A DNA stretch of 20,000 nt from an uncultured virus (IMG/VR IMGVR_UViG_3300047094_000227) (IMGVR_UViG_3300047094_000227:55166-75165); one strand, 5' to 3'. Counted from the stretch's first letter, positions 1 to 9,741 are shown. Numbers and translations: made by a program. The notes: a model not told the origin generated them from the letters alone.

Positions 1-1
1 C

Positions 2-619
2 AGTTGGGGTTACAGGATCTCCATTACTATCTTTAAATGTTACAGTTAATGTTTCATAATATTCATTATAATATTGAGATTGTGCACCTTGACATTCTGA
101 GAAAGTACTTCCTCCGTCACTAATTGCATATGTTATAGTGGCAACATTTGTAGCTGCACAAGCTGCACAATCATTAAATACTGTATAAGTTCCTAATGCA
201 GTACTAGCTCCAGGGAAATAGTTTCTAAGAACAGTAAAGCATACTTCAGATCCTCCATTAGCAAAACTATTAGTAAATATAACTTTCGTCTCATCTAATA
301 AAGAAGTTGTGCTAAACGTTTCTGTATTATATGAAGAATTACAAGGGGTTGCTGTATAATACTTTGTTGTACTTGGACTCTCTGTAGTGGTAGAGGTTGT
401 AGTTATTCCCATATCTACAGAGTTTGTACATAACACACTCGCTGATTTAACTCTAACTGTAGTAGCACCTATAGGAATAAATGTATAGTATCCAGACAAT
501 AAATCAGCTTTACTAACTCCTGTTTCAAATGCTACAGCAAAGCTATCTACATTTGAAAAAAGATTAAATGGTCCTGTATCTACTCCTGCTCCTGTTAATT
601 TTATTACTGAATTTGCCAT
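2..619 (-). CDS. 3'-truncated ORF missing from the ORF track: shared ~70-aa N-terminal module, Thr linker and Cys-containing passenger domain (putative virion decoration protein)
   Basis: Manual translation from ATG at 619 is open to the window edge (206 codons): MANSVIKLTGAGVDTGPFNLFSNVDSFAVAFETGVSKADLLSGYYTFIPIGATTVRVKSASVLCTNSVDMGITTTSTTTESPSTTKYY... The N-terminus is paralogous to 9130..9741. It starts 7 nt after the muzzle stop. Confidence 0.85.
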   Translation of the reverse strand, partial: MANSVIKLTGAGVDTGPFNLFSNVDSFAVAFETGVSKADLLSGYYTFIPIGATTVRVKSASVLCTNSVDMGITTTSTTTESPSTTKYYTATPCNSSYNTETFSTTSLLDETKVIFTNSFANGGSEVCFTVLRNYFPGASTALGTYTVFNDCAACAATNVATITYAISDGGSTFSECQGAQSQYYNEYYETLTVTFKDSNGDPVTPT

Positions 620-626
620 TGATTAT

Positions 627-3600
627 TTAATTTAAACATGAACTTACGTATGATCCTACAACTCCTGTTGTGCTACTATAGTTATATATAGGTGTAGGAA
701 GCGATGAAAATAGTGTATCAGTTACATAAGTATATGGAAAAGGAACTAAACCTTCTGGATCTTGGAATAATTTTACTACAGGATCAAAAAGTAATGTTCC
801 TGGTTGATAATAAGCAGGACTTGCTACAGCAATACATGTTCCAAGAACACTGTTGCTAAAATGAAATCTATCTTCAGAATATAAGAAATAACTTTCTTGC
901 ACGCTACCTGCTGTTAAGGTACAATTTGCAGAAGGTGGTTCAGTGGTTGTTGTACTAGTAGTAGTACTACTAGTACTAGTAGTTGTTGTTGTTACTGGTA
1001 TAACATATTCTGCTGTACCGCCTAAGTTACAATTTAATATAACTGTTGTTGTAGTTGTAGTAGTTGGACTAGGAATCTCCATAACAGCAATAGCTTCTAA
1101 GTCACATCCTTCATTCAGTCCTGAGTAGAAGAAGTTGTTTTCAGCTATGTAATAGTTAGGAATATAACTATGAAAACTTACCCAGCTTTGTATATTTACA
1201 CTGTACGATAGGGTCCATGATTTGTTACAGAAGTATTGTCTATCTGTTAAGCTAACTACCTTTCTTAAAGATAAATCACCATAAGCTTTATCAATATAAT
1301 ACTCACCTGTCAACTCATCATATTTAATAACACTTGCATATGCTGGTTGAGGAATATAGTCAAGTTTAGATATAATGATTCTATCATACTTACTATCATA
1401 TACACCATGTAAACCACAAGCATTAAAATGATTATCTGTATCAGCATTAGGATAGTAACGTAAGATTTCAAATGCTAGATGGTCTGTGAAGAACTTATTA
1501 AGTCCTGAACCAAATGCAGATAAGTCTTGTATTTGACCACCCATTCCATTAATAAGAAATACTTGTCCTCTCTTGGCATCTATAGTCACTTGTCCATTAG
1601 GAATCTTTAATAAGAACTTATTTTGACTTCCTACATATCCAAGGTCTGTCTCAGCAAAATCAATTGGAGGAGCAGATCTAAATAAAGAAGGATTGCCTAA
1701 ATAAGCAGCTTGAGGATTACTTGTATTCATTGTTAACAACGTGTTGTATAACAATGACTTATTCTCAAATCTAGCTAACACAGCTTTATTTTGAATACCA
1801 TCTAGTGATGTTAACTTGCCATAGTTTTGAGGAAAATCAAAGAATGCTACAGGTTTATAATTTAACCAACTATTTACTCTTACGCTTGGATTATCTGCTT
1901 GTGCCTCAGAATAAACTGCTCTGAATGGAAAGCTTGTATAACATTGGTCATCATCAAAATCTACAGGTAAGTGAGAGAAGAAGTTTTCTTTATTTTGTTT
2001 TGAATACGTTACATTATATGTATATGTATTGTCAAACTGAATTGGAACAACAGATTGTTGTAACCAGTTATCAGGAATACCTGAGCTCACGTGTGGATAG
2101 TAATCACCTTCTAAGTTATTAAATGCTTGACGCAAGTCTACATTTATAGAACTTTCTACATAGTAATAAGGAATACCATAAGCAAATAGATACATCTTAC
2201 CGTCATATGAATAGGTTGTATCACTCAAAGATGTACTACCTGGAGCAGCTGTAGTAGAAGTAGTAGTAGTAGTATTACTTATAAAAGTATAATCATTAGG
2301 GCAATCAAGATAATGTGCCTTAATAGATATAATATTTTTCATTAGTGTTGCACCAGCTTTATAATTGCTTAGTATAGATCTAGCTGAGTACCAGTATTGT
2401 GGGTAGGCAACATTACCTAATTCATCATAAAAAATATCACTATCATCAGGAGCCCCCACTCTATTATCAATAAAGAAAGGAAGTTTAGTTTTATAAGCAA
2501 ATCTACCAATAAATGTATCTCCACCAAATACAGTATCAACTCCTGCTACATCAGACAAATGTTTTTGAAAACCTGTATCAATTGTTTGATATGAATATAG
2601 TTGTCCCCACTGATTAATATTTATGTTCTTGATAGACCCATAATAAGATACCACTTTAATAGGTTCTTGCATCTCTGGAGAAGCACAATTATCTCTTGAA
2701 GAAATTGTAAATCTTGAATCATCAGTAATTAAACTGTTTCCAGCAACCACTAAAGATGGAGTTTGTTCAGCAAATGGCAATGGAGTTATAGCATCTAATG
2801 TTTTTAAATAAACAGAAGATTCTCTTTGAAAGTTATTTACATTATAAACATCACCAACAGATTGAAAACCAGGAATAAGATATTGATATAAATCAAGTTC
2901 TCTTTGTTTAACACCTATGTTACCAAATGCATCAGGAGCAGCATTTTGAACATCTGCATTGTAATCATATTGAGCAGTGGAATTAAATGAATATGTAAAG
3001 TTTCTTCTGCTAATACCATTAATATAAATTGTTAAATACGCTTGGTAAGCAGTGAACATTGCAGTAGCATTAAATGGAGCTGTTATATTAGCAATATTGT
3101 AACTTGAGGTTAAAGCATCTACTTGTGCTTGTTTAGTAATTAACTTATATAATGCATGATTTTTAACTTGTACAAAGTGTGCTCTACCCCCTCCAAACAT
3201 AGCACTTTCTAACTTAAGCACATTGCCTAAATAAGGTTGCCCAAAAGAAGTCTCTGGTGAATTAAACACCATTCTATATTTAGAACTATTATCAAATCCA
3301 CTTAAATTAACTGGATAACAATTTGTATTTTTATTATTAGTAGTCTCTAATATTGTATATCTAGGAGATCCACTTACACGACTAGGAACAGTTGTAGAAC
3401 TAACAGTAATTGAAGTATTTACTGGAACAGTTACATTAACACTCACTAGTGTAACTGGATCAGTATATATAAATGTAGTAGATGTTGAAGGAATTGATAG
3501 ATAAGAAGTTAATGTATAAGATACAGCTGTAACATTAGTAAATGTAGCAGATCCTGTAACTACTAAAGGAACTGTAATAGAACATATGCTAGTCATTCCT

Positions 3601-5519
3601 AAAGGCATAGCAACAGCAGTAACTTCTCCTGTATAACAATCAGTTATTTGCATTGTACCAACTGTGGCAACTACAACTTTAAATGTTTGACATTGAGCGT
3701 TATAAGCATTATTATCTTTTAATAAAAATGGATCAGTCTTAATGTCATTATAAGGATAGTTAGGATAGTAATATTGTGTACCTTCTCTTTCATAAGTACC
3801 AACATTTCTTAACATACCTTTTGCTACAATAGATTTGTTTGTAGCCCTATCACCTCTTACAATTTTATATGCAACTATATCAGCTTTTTGATCAGCTGTT
3901 AGATTAGAGTTATCAATTAACGATATTACCTGTTGTGTATTTATTTTAACACCAATAGGATATAAAGCATTTGCTTTTTGAAGTTCTGGAAAATTATAGT
4001 TTGGAGCTTGTGACTCAAACATTGGACTAACTAGAATATCAGGAAATTTATGATGACGAATCTTTTGTCCAGCTAAATCTCCATATACAAAAGTGTTACA
4101 TGGATATTCCTCATTAGATTCCCAATACGCAAAATCACCAAATTTATATGGTGTAGCATTTCCAATATTAGGTCCTAAAGCATCTCCAACTACAGTTGCA
4201 GTGTTGTATATTTTCCAATAAGGAGCAGTTGTTCCTGTACCAATAAAATCAGCATTTGTAGATTTATTAACAATTACTAAATCATCAGCTGTAGCAGCCC
4301 TACCAGGAATATGAAAACCATCTGTTTGCTTACCATTTCTCAATAAGAAAACAATTTCAAATGCATATATTTCATCACGTAGATATCCACGTAAATTAGT
4401 AGCATTTAGTTCATCAGCGTAAGTTTCTCCAGCTGGAATTTTGTAAGTTTGCCATTGAAGATCAATTTTACTAGCAATACTTTGATAATTAATTTTATCA
4501 ATAGATGTAAGTTGATCCCATACAAGAATATCTTGTACAGCTGTTAAATCTTGTGCAATCTCATAGTACGGAAACTTTTCAAATATATCAGCAATTGCTA
4601 AACTGATAGCTGTTACATCTTGTCCTGTATAAGTAATTTGATTTGTAGCACCATCAATAAAATATGTACCTACTAATTGAACAGAGGTGATATCATTTAT
4701 TGTTTTAATTACAGCTAGATTGTAATATTCAAAGTATCCTGTTAAATCAATATTGCTTATATCAACTACAATAGATCTACCTACAGCGTAATCAAAGTTA
4801 GCTGTGGTTAATTTTGGATTAGCAATAGGAGTTGGATTAGTTACTGAATAGTAAGACGTATAAGCATCTCCTTGTGCACTACAATATTGAATAGCAAATT
4901 GATATGTACCAGCTTTTAAATCTCCACCATTAATAACATCAACAACTTCTAAATCTGGAATACTAAAATTAGGTTGTATCTTTAATTTATTACAATCAAG
5001 TATTGGTGTTACAATAGGATCACAAATAACACCATCTGGAAAAGTTGTAATATATGGAATGTTATCAAGATCTAAATATCTTCTAGGGTTTAATCCATCT
5101 GTCCAATAAATCTCTGTACTACAATTTGAAATCTTGTGTACAGCTTTTTGTATTGGATAGTTAATATTAAAGTTTAAACAAAGTCCTTCTACGTACATGT
5201 GATAGATACAATCGTTGTTATCCATGTATCCAATCTGAGAAGCCCCAGTTTCAGGATTGGTTAAAAAGAATATATGTTGATTCTTCTCTTGAATAAAATG
5301 TGTTCCAATAAGAAGAAAGTTCTCAGGAAAGTTTAGACATACCTCATTACCTGGTTCATTTTGGTAGTTTACAGCAGTGGCACTAAAATTCTCAACAGAT
5401 GCATTTAAGGCATACGTAAGCTTACCCTTCTCAACTTGGTTTACAGATGAGTCCATGTTTAGTCCAGTTCTACCTAGACTAAATTCCTGTCTAATATTTC
5501 CTTGTTCTTGCTCTGCCAT
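627..5519 (-). CDS. crAss-like muzzle / tail stabilization protein (1630 aa) with internal insertion and Thr-linked C-terminal extension
   Basis: Very large beta-rich ORF directly after the ring/tubular gene, matching the crAss-like order IHF-like, tail tubular, tail stabilization. Motifs GLNMD, IYWTDGLNPRRYLD, GYLRDEIYAFEIVF, IRHHKFPD, FGGDTFI and WVSFHSYIP resemble this family as recalled. Confidence 0.8.
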   Translation of the reverse strand: MAEQEQGNIRQEFSLGRTGLNMDSSVNQVEKGKLTYALNASVENFSATAVNYQNEPGNEVCLNFPENFLLIGTHFIQEKNQHIFFLTNPETGASQIGYMDNNDCIYHMYVEGLCLNFNINYPIQKAVHKISNCSTEIYWTDGLNPRRYLDLDNIPYITTFPDGVICDPIVTPILDCNKLKIQPNFSIPDLEVVDVINGGDLKAGTYQFAIQYCSAQGDAYTSYYSVTNPTPIANPKLTTANFDYAVGRSIVVDISNIDLTGYFEYYNLAVIKTINDITSVQLVGTYFIDGATNQITYTGQDVTAISLAIADIFEKFPYYEIAQDLTAVQDILVWDQLTSIDKINYQSIASKIDLQWQTYKIPAGETYADELNATNLRGYLRDEIYAFEIVFLLRNGKQTDGFHIPGRAATADDLVIVNKSTNADFIGTGTTAPYWKIYNTATVVGDALGPNIGNATPYKFGDFAYWESNEEYPCNTFVYGDLAGQKIRHHKFPDILVSPMFESQAPNYNFPELQKANALYPIGVKINTQQVISLIDNSNLTADQKADIVAYKIVRGDRATNKSIVAKGMLRNVGTYEREGTQYYYPNYPYNDIKTDPFLLKDNNAYNAQCQTFKVVVATVGTMQITDCYTGEVTAVAMPLGMTSICSITVPLVVTGSATFTNVTAVSYTLTSYLSIPSTSTTFIYTDPVTLVSVNVTVPVNTSITVSSTTVPSRVSGSPRYTILETTNNKNTNCYPVNLSGFDNSSKYRMVFNSPETSFGQPYLGNVLKLESAMFGGGRAHFVQVKNHALYKLITKQAQVDALTSSYNIANITAPFNATAMFTAYQAYLTIYINGISRRNFTYSFNSTAQYDYNADVQNAAPDAFGNIGVKQRELDLYQYLIPGFQSVGDVYNVNNFQRESSVYLKTLDAITPLPFAEQTPSLVVAGNSLITDDSRFTISSRDNCASPEMQEPIKVVSYYGSIKNININQWGQLYSYQTIDTGFQKHLSDVAGVDTVFGGDTFIGRFAYKTKLPFFIDNRVGAPDDSDIFYDELGNVAYPQYWYSARSILSNYKAGATLMKNIISIKAHYLDCPNDYTFISNTTTTTSTTAAPGSTSLSDTTYSYDGKMYLFAYGIPYYYVESSINVDLRQAFNNLEGDYYPHVSSGIPDNWLQQSVVPIQFDNTYTYNVTYSKQNKENFFSHLPVDFDDDQCYTSFPFRAVYSEAQADNPSVRVNSWLNYKPVAFFDFPQNYGKLTSLDGIQNKAVLARFENKSLLYNTLLTMNTSNPQAAYLGNPSLFRSAPPIDFAETDLGYVGSQNKFLLKIPNGQVTIDAKRGQVFLINGMGGQIQDLSAFGSGLNKFFTDHLAFEILRYYPNADTDNHFNACGLHGVYDSKYDRIIISKLDYIPQPAYASVIKYDELTGEYYIDKAYGDLSLRKVVSLTDRQYFCNKSWTLSYSVNIQSWVSFHSYIPNYYIAENNFFYSGLNEGCDLEAIAVMEIPSPTTTTTTTVILNCNLGGTAEYVIPVTTTTTSTSSTTTSTTTTEPPSANCTLTAGSVQESYFLYSEDRFHFSNSVLGTCIAVASPAYYQPGTLLFDPVVKLFQDPEGLVPFPYTYVTDTLFSSLPTPIYNYSSTTGVVGSYVSSCLN

Positions 5520-5524
5520 AATTA

Positions 5525-6493
5525 TTAATTATTTCTTCTCCTGCCGTATCTGTTAGTTCTGTTAGGTAACTCATACATTTGGAATCTGTTCAAGTCATTT
5601 TTAATTCTTCTTTGCTTCTCCCAAGGAGTTTGTTTCTTGATTTCAATATCAGCCATGATAAACGCTTCATCATGTAACTGTTTGTAATAAGCTAGCTTTT
5701 GTTGTATTTGTTGGAAGGTCTCATCATTAATTTGATTTGAAAGAGTTTCAAACACTTTATATTTAATGAATGCTTCTACAAATTCTCTAATACGATAGTT
5801 ATCAGGAATTAATTGATTACCTATATTATCATACTCTGTAGCATAAAATAATAGATGTACTACACCATTTCTGAAGTTAGTAACAAATTTATTATCTCTA
5901 ATGTCAAATGAATCATAACCAGCAGAACCAGGGGTGAACTCATGTACTGTTGGAGGTGGAGCATAAAACTCCCAAGCATTGCTGTATTCAACCTCACAGT
6001 TGTTTCTTGCAGAAATGTTACCTGGTTTTAATAAATATTCTTGTCTATAAGATCTAGCTATTGCATTGTTTGTTTTGTATACAGCTTGTATAAGCTCAGG
6101 CATACATGTAGGACAACCTGTTGTACAGTTAGGTTCTACGCAAGGAACTCCACCACTAGTGATAGGTGCTATTTGAATAGTTGTTTGAGATGCAGCTTGT
6201 GAGTAGAATGAGTTAGCTGATTGATAAGGATAACCTGGAATCTCAGTACACATCCAAGCTTCTCTAGCAGCATAAAAGTTATCAGGAAGCCTAGCTTCAA
6301 AGTCCTCAATATAAAGAACTTGCTCAGCAATAGCATAAGTTGTCCTACCTAACTTGTTTAAACACTTGTTTAAATAAGTAGGGAAAAGCAAATCATCCAC
6401 AGCTCCTGTGTCAAAATAGCTTTTTAATTCTTCTTTAACAGTTGCATAAACTGGTTCAGGAGATACAAATCTGTACTTATAATAGTATGACAT
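5525..6493 (-). CDS. crAss-like tail ring protein / tail tubular protein (322 aa)
   Basis: Lies between the IHF-like gene and the muzzle gene. Motifs ARLPDNFY, FVTNFRNGVVHLLFYA and LIPDN..IREFVEAFIKYK resemble crAss-like ring proteins. Confidence 0.7.
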   Translation of the reverse strand: MSYYYKYRFVSPEPVYATVKEELKSYFDTGAVDDLLFPTYLNKCLNKLGRTTYAIAEQVLYIEDFEARLPDNFYAAREAWMCTEIPGYPYQSANSFYSQAASQTTIQIAPITSGGVPCVEPNCTTGCPTCMPELIQAVYKTNNAIARSYRQEYLLKPGNISARNNCEVEYSNAWEFYAPPPTVHEFTPGSAGYDSFDIRDNKFVTNFRNGVVHLLFYATEYDNIGNQLIPDNYRIREFVEAFIKYKVFETLSNQINDETFQQIQQKLAYYKQLHDEAFIMADIEIKKQTPWEKQRRIKNDLNRFQMYELPNRTNRYGRRRNN

Positions 6494-6496
6494 AAT

Positions 6497-6973
6497 TTAT
6501 TTTTTCCACTCACGATAGATGTGTTGATACGTATCGTTTGTTTTTATATAATGTGAGAGCAATCTTGATGTAACTCTTGAAGGTTTAAAATACCACAAGT
6601 CTATGTTTCTTAGTCTGGCAGTTTCTTTAAACCATACCCAGCCAAAAAAGTAACCCTCTGTGTGATAATTAAAGTTGTATATAATTTTTCCCTTCTCTTT
6701 AGACTTTTGCCAGTCTACTGGTAAGTTAATGTACTCCTTACCATTGATATCCTTAACCTTCTTTCTTTTCTTTTTATTGATTGAGAACTCACCAAACCCA
6801 AAAGGTAGCTTTGCTTTTTCTCCAGTTTCTAGTATATAACTTTTAAAATTCTCATTATAAGAATATAAAATGTTTCTCCACTCATCAAATGTAATTTTAA
6901 TTGTGGGATGCTTCTTGCAAAAGTTATTGTAGTTTTCTTTACTGGAGCTTCTCCAATCAATTTTTATCCTCAT
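6497..6973 (-). CDS. HU/IHF-like DNA-binding protein of the crAss-like tail module (158 aa)
   Basis: Basic protein with an HU/IHF-like core, ILETGEKAKLPFGFGEFSINKKKRKK. Position upstream of the tail tubular gene matches crAss-like phages. TAATG overlap with the upstream gene at 6973. Confidence 0.75.
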   Translation of the reverse strand: MRIKIDWRSSSKENYNNFCKKHPTIKITFDEWRNILYSYNENFKSYILETGEKAKLPFGFGEFSINKKKRKKVKDINGKEYINLPVDWQKSKEKGKIIYNFNYHTEGYFFGWVWFKETARLRNIDLWYFKPSRVTSRLLSHYIKTNDTYQHIYREWKK

Positions 6974-7707
6974 TACTGGGTTGGTTGTGCATTAGGAGCT
7001 TGCCCATCAACACCGTTATCTGCCATATCTGTTTTAATACTAAAATATGTAGATAATAATTTTTGAGACGTAAGCTCTAATACTTGTTTCTCAAGATATC
7101 CTGGACAACCATATTCTTTATCCAAAGGATTTTTACAGTATTCTTCATCAGTAACCTCAGGACCAGTACCACAACCACATTCTGGATACGCAATATCATT
7201 AGGAATATCTTCTTCAAAGAATGCTGATATCCTAACTGATTTTAAATTTGGATTACTCAAATATAAGTAACCTTCATTTGCTATCCAATAGTATGTTTGT
7301 TTTTTAATAATAGGAAGTCCCAGTAAGTTTAAATATCTATTGATTGTAATCTCTTTAAACTTTGTACCCATTCCTCCCATAGCGTTTATAGAATAAACAC
7401 CTTGTATCAAATATTGATAATTTCCTTCTGTAATTCTAGGAAGTTTATATTTACTTCTAGAAACAGTACATGGATCTACGTAATTACAACAGTCAGAAAT
7501 AGGAACTTCTACCATTTCCAAACATTGGATGGTATTAAAGACAGTATCAGTAGCCCAAAGCTTTCTGAGATTTGTCTCACGTTTAACTAATAACTGTGTG
7601 TTGTTTCTAATCTCTGATGCAATAACCCTATCTGTGATAACGTTATCTGTGGATATAAGCTTATGCATTCCACGCACATCTGAAACTAACTTACGTAATG
7701 TTGCCAT
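6973..7707 (-). CDS. putative crAss-like tail ring protein (244 aa)
   Basis: Size, synteny and an N-terminal MATLRKLVSDVR helix resemble ring-type proteins. TAATG overlaps at both ends. Confidence 0.6.
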   Translation of the reverse strand: MATLRKLVSDVRGMHKLISTDNVITDRVIASEIRNNTQLLVKRETNLRKLWATDTVFNTIQCLEMVEVPISDCCNYVDPCTVSRSKYKLPRITEGNYQYLIQGVYSINAMGGMGTKFKEITINRYLNLLGLPIIKKQTYYWIANEGYLYLSNPNLKSVRISAFFEEDIPNDIAYPECGCGTGPEVTDEEYCKNPLDKEYGCPGYLEKQVLELTSQKLLSTYFSIKTDMADNGVDGQAPNAQPTQ

Positions 7708-8948
7708 TATAAATACTGTTTAAATATATTTGTCATTCCTGACCCTTGTTCTATTAAGAATCCAGTCACTTCTGCTTTAGACATTGTGTGACCGTTCTTA
7801 TCATCCCAAAGGCTTTTAGCATTAGAAAATGCTGGTATTTGGTAAAATTTAATACCATTAAAGTCGTGACTTACTTCATGGTGTTTGTCTCCTGTGAATA
7901 TGTAGAAGTTGTTATGGAAAGACCATCCTTCTCTAAATTCTATTGGGAATAGTGCTGCTAACTTAGCAGGTTTGATTGCATCTCCATGGTTAAACATCAT
8001 TGCTGAATTACCATAGCTTATATACTTTCTATACTTAGGAGAACAGTCAAAAGTTAATCTATCTGTATTTCTAAAATAGGTTTGTAACCAATTAACCATG
8101 TGCCATCCTACAAACTCATCATGATTACCTGCTACGTACACAACATTCACATTTTCAGCATATTGTAATAACATTGTAATCATTAACACCTCATGCCCAC
8201 AGATGTATTCAAAAGATGTTTGATATGTATGAGTGTTTGTTTGAGGAGTACCTTTTGTAGTCATTCCTGTAAACTCACTGTTAAACTCATCAGAACCAAT
8301 GATGTATGTAATTTGCTCTAAGTTGTTGGAAAGCTGTGCTTGATTAGCAATCAACTCTACCTTGTACATGATGTTAGAAAGTCTATCAACTATATCATTG
8401 TTGCCATCAATGTCATATTTGTTTAAGTGAGAGTCTTGTTTATTGATAACCAACATACCATTACTCTTACCGTTTACAAACTTAGGACTCATAATGTCCT
8501 GACTAACAGGCTTATATGAAGCTAAAAAGTCCACAAAGCTATCTTGAAACACTTGCTCTGCAGACTTCTTTCCTAACCAGGCTTTTACTTGCCAGTGTGG
8601 ACTATCTCCGTTTCCCCAATAGTTTTGTACGTATTTAGTTATCTCCCACTTATCTGTGTCTATCTTACACTTCTCAATAAGCTCATCAAGGCTTTTAATC
8701 TCTTCTGTAACGTTAGCTACAATCTCTCCAGTTCCTTTCACTAGGTCTTCTGTAAACTTAACTACAGTGTCCTCTAAATCAGATATATAGTTGCCAACTA
8801 TGGCTTCATCTTCTCTTTTTCTAATATCTGTTAACAACTCATCAATCTCTAATTCTGTCACTCCTAGCTTGTCAGCGTAATATTTCTTTGATTTTTTCCA
8901 GTGTAACATCTGCTGTAGCTGCTCCAAAAGGGGTTGGTTTCCAGACAT
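7707..8948 (-). CDS. calcineurin-like metallophosphoesterase with putative N-terminal helix-turn-helix (413 aa)
   Basis: Five metallophosphoesterase-type motifs in order: QDSH, GSDEFN, GNHD, HGD, GDKHH. The N-terminal segment KSKKYYADKLGVTELEIDELL resembles an HTH. Confidence 0.8.
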   Translation of the reverse strand: MSGNQPLLEQLQQMLHWKKSKKYYADKLGVTELEIDELLTDIRKREDEAIVGNYISDLEDTVVKFTEDLVKGTGEIVANVTEEIKSLDELIEKCKIDTDKWEITKYVQNYWGNGDSPHWQVKAWLGKKSAEQVFQDSFVDFLASYKPVSQDIMSPKFVNGKSNGMLVINKQDSHLNKYDIDGNNDIVDRLSNIMYKVELIANQAQLSNNLEQITYIIGSDEFNSEFTGMTTKGTPQTNTHTYQTSFEYICGHEVLMITMLLQYAENVNVVYVAGNHDEFVGWHMVNWLQTYFRNTDRLTFDCSPKYRKYISYGNSAMMFNHGDAIKPAKLAALFPIEFREGWSFHNNFYIFTGDKHHEVSHDFNGIKFYQIPAFSNAKSLWDDKNGHTMSKAEVTGFLIEQGSGMTNIFKQYL

Positions 8949-8977
8949 ATAGGTTTTAAGTTTGGTTAAAATTAAAG

Positions 8978-9010
8978 TAAAGGTATGAAACTTTTTTGAT
9001 ATTTTCCAAA
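8978..9010 (-). promoter_or_regulatory. Bacteroidota-type primary sigma promoter candidate (-33 TTTG / -7 TAnnTTTG)
   Basis: Minus strand reads TTTG (9010-9007), a 21-nt spacer, then TACCTTTA (8985-8978; one mismatch to TAnnTTTG). It sits about 30 nt upstream of the phosphoesterase ATG and downstream of a terminator. Confidence 0.55.
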
Positions 9011-9059
9011 TTTAGTTAACTAATTTAATTATATAGTTTAATCAATTTGATTAGAGTTC

Positions 9060-9093
9060 AAAAAAAAAACCCCCAGCCTAGAAAGGCCAGGGG
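9060..9093 (-). terminator. intrinsic terminator after the fibre/decoration cassette
   Basis: Minus strand CCCCTGGCCT-TTCT-AGGCTGGGG(G) forms a GC-rich stem with G.U pairs, followed by T10. Confidence 0.85.
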
Positions 9094-9129
9094 ATGCCCT
9101 GTAAACCAACAAACAGGGTTTTTACTATC

Positions 9130-9741
9130 TTATGAGCAATTGTTTAAAAATTGCCAGAATGATTGATGAGTTAATGATGTATCACTATAAGCTAACACCG
9201 TTGATCCTAACTTTAACTGTATTGTAAAATATACAGGAGTTGCTGATCCAGAAGGCTCGTAATACAATATCCTAGCTGTAGAAGGCTGTGTATCAGTTAA
9301 ACTTACACTAGCTGTAGATGCAGGGAAAGTTGTAACTAATTCTACGTATGATGCAGGAGGAGCGTTGTTTACAATTATATCATAAACTACAGCACAAGCA
9401 GCATTATCATTACAGTTGTTATATTTACAAATTGGTTGTCCTAAGTAGATAGTTGGAACAATAGGAGCTTCTGTTGTAGAAGTACTTGTTGTAGAACTAG
9501 TAGTACTAGTTGTTGTAGCAGGAGCACCTGATACATCTAAATAAAGATCTCTTTGACAAGCTCCTGTAGATCTAACTAAAACTTCTGTAGTTCCATCAGG
9601 AACAGTTGCATTATAGCCAGCTACCAAAGACGCTCTAGATACACCAGAGATGATTATTGTTGAAAATCCATTTGAATTTGAGTAGATGTTAAATGGTCCT
9701 GTATCAGAACCAGCTGTTGTCAAAGTTATTAATACTGTCAT
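9130..9741 (-). CDS. putative virion decoration protein: shared N-terminal module, Thr/Ser linker and Cys-containing beta domain (203 aa)
   Basis: N-terminus paralogous to ORFs 2..619 and 9756..11006. Linker TTTSTTSSTTSTSTT. Confidence 0.75.
   Translation of the reverse strand: MTVLITLTTAGSDTGPFNIYSNSNGFSTIIISGVSRASLVAGYNATVPDGTTEVLVRSTGACQRDLYLDVSGAPATTTSTTSSTTSTSTTEAPIVPTIYLGQPICKYNNCNDNAACAVVYDIIVNNAPPASYVELVTTFPASTASVSLTDTQPSTARILYYEPSGSATPVYFTIQLKLGSTVLAYSDTSLTHQSFWQFLNNCS

Noticed and set aside
943..1128. 61-aa plus-strand poly-Val ORF resembling a membrane peptide
   Set aside because: It is the antisense shadow of the poly-Thr codons in the muzzle gene.
2259..2273. (ACT)5 microsatellite as a phase-variation switch
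   Set aside because: It is short and a triplet repeat, so slippage would only change Thr count, not frame.
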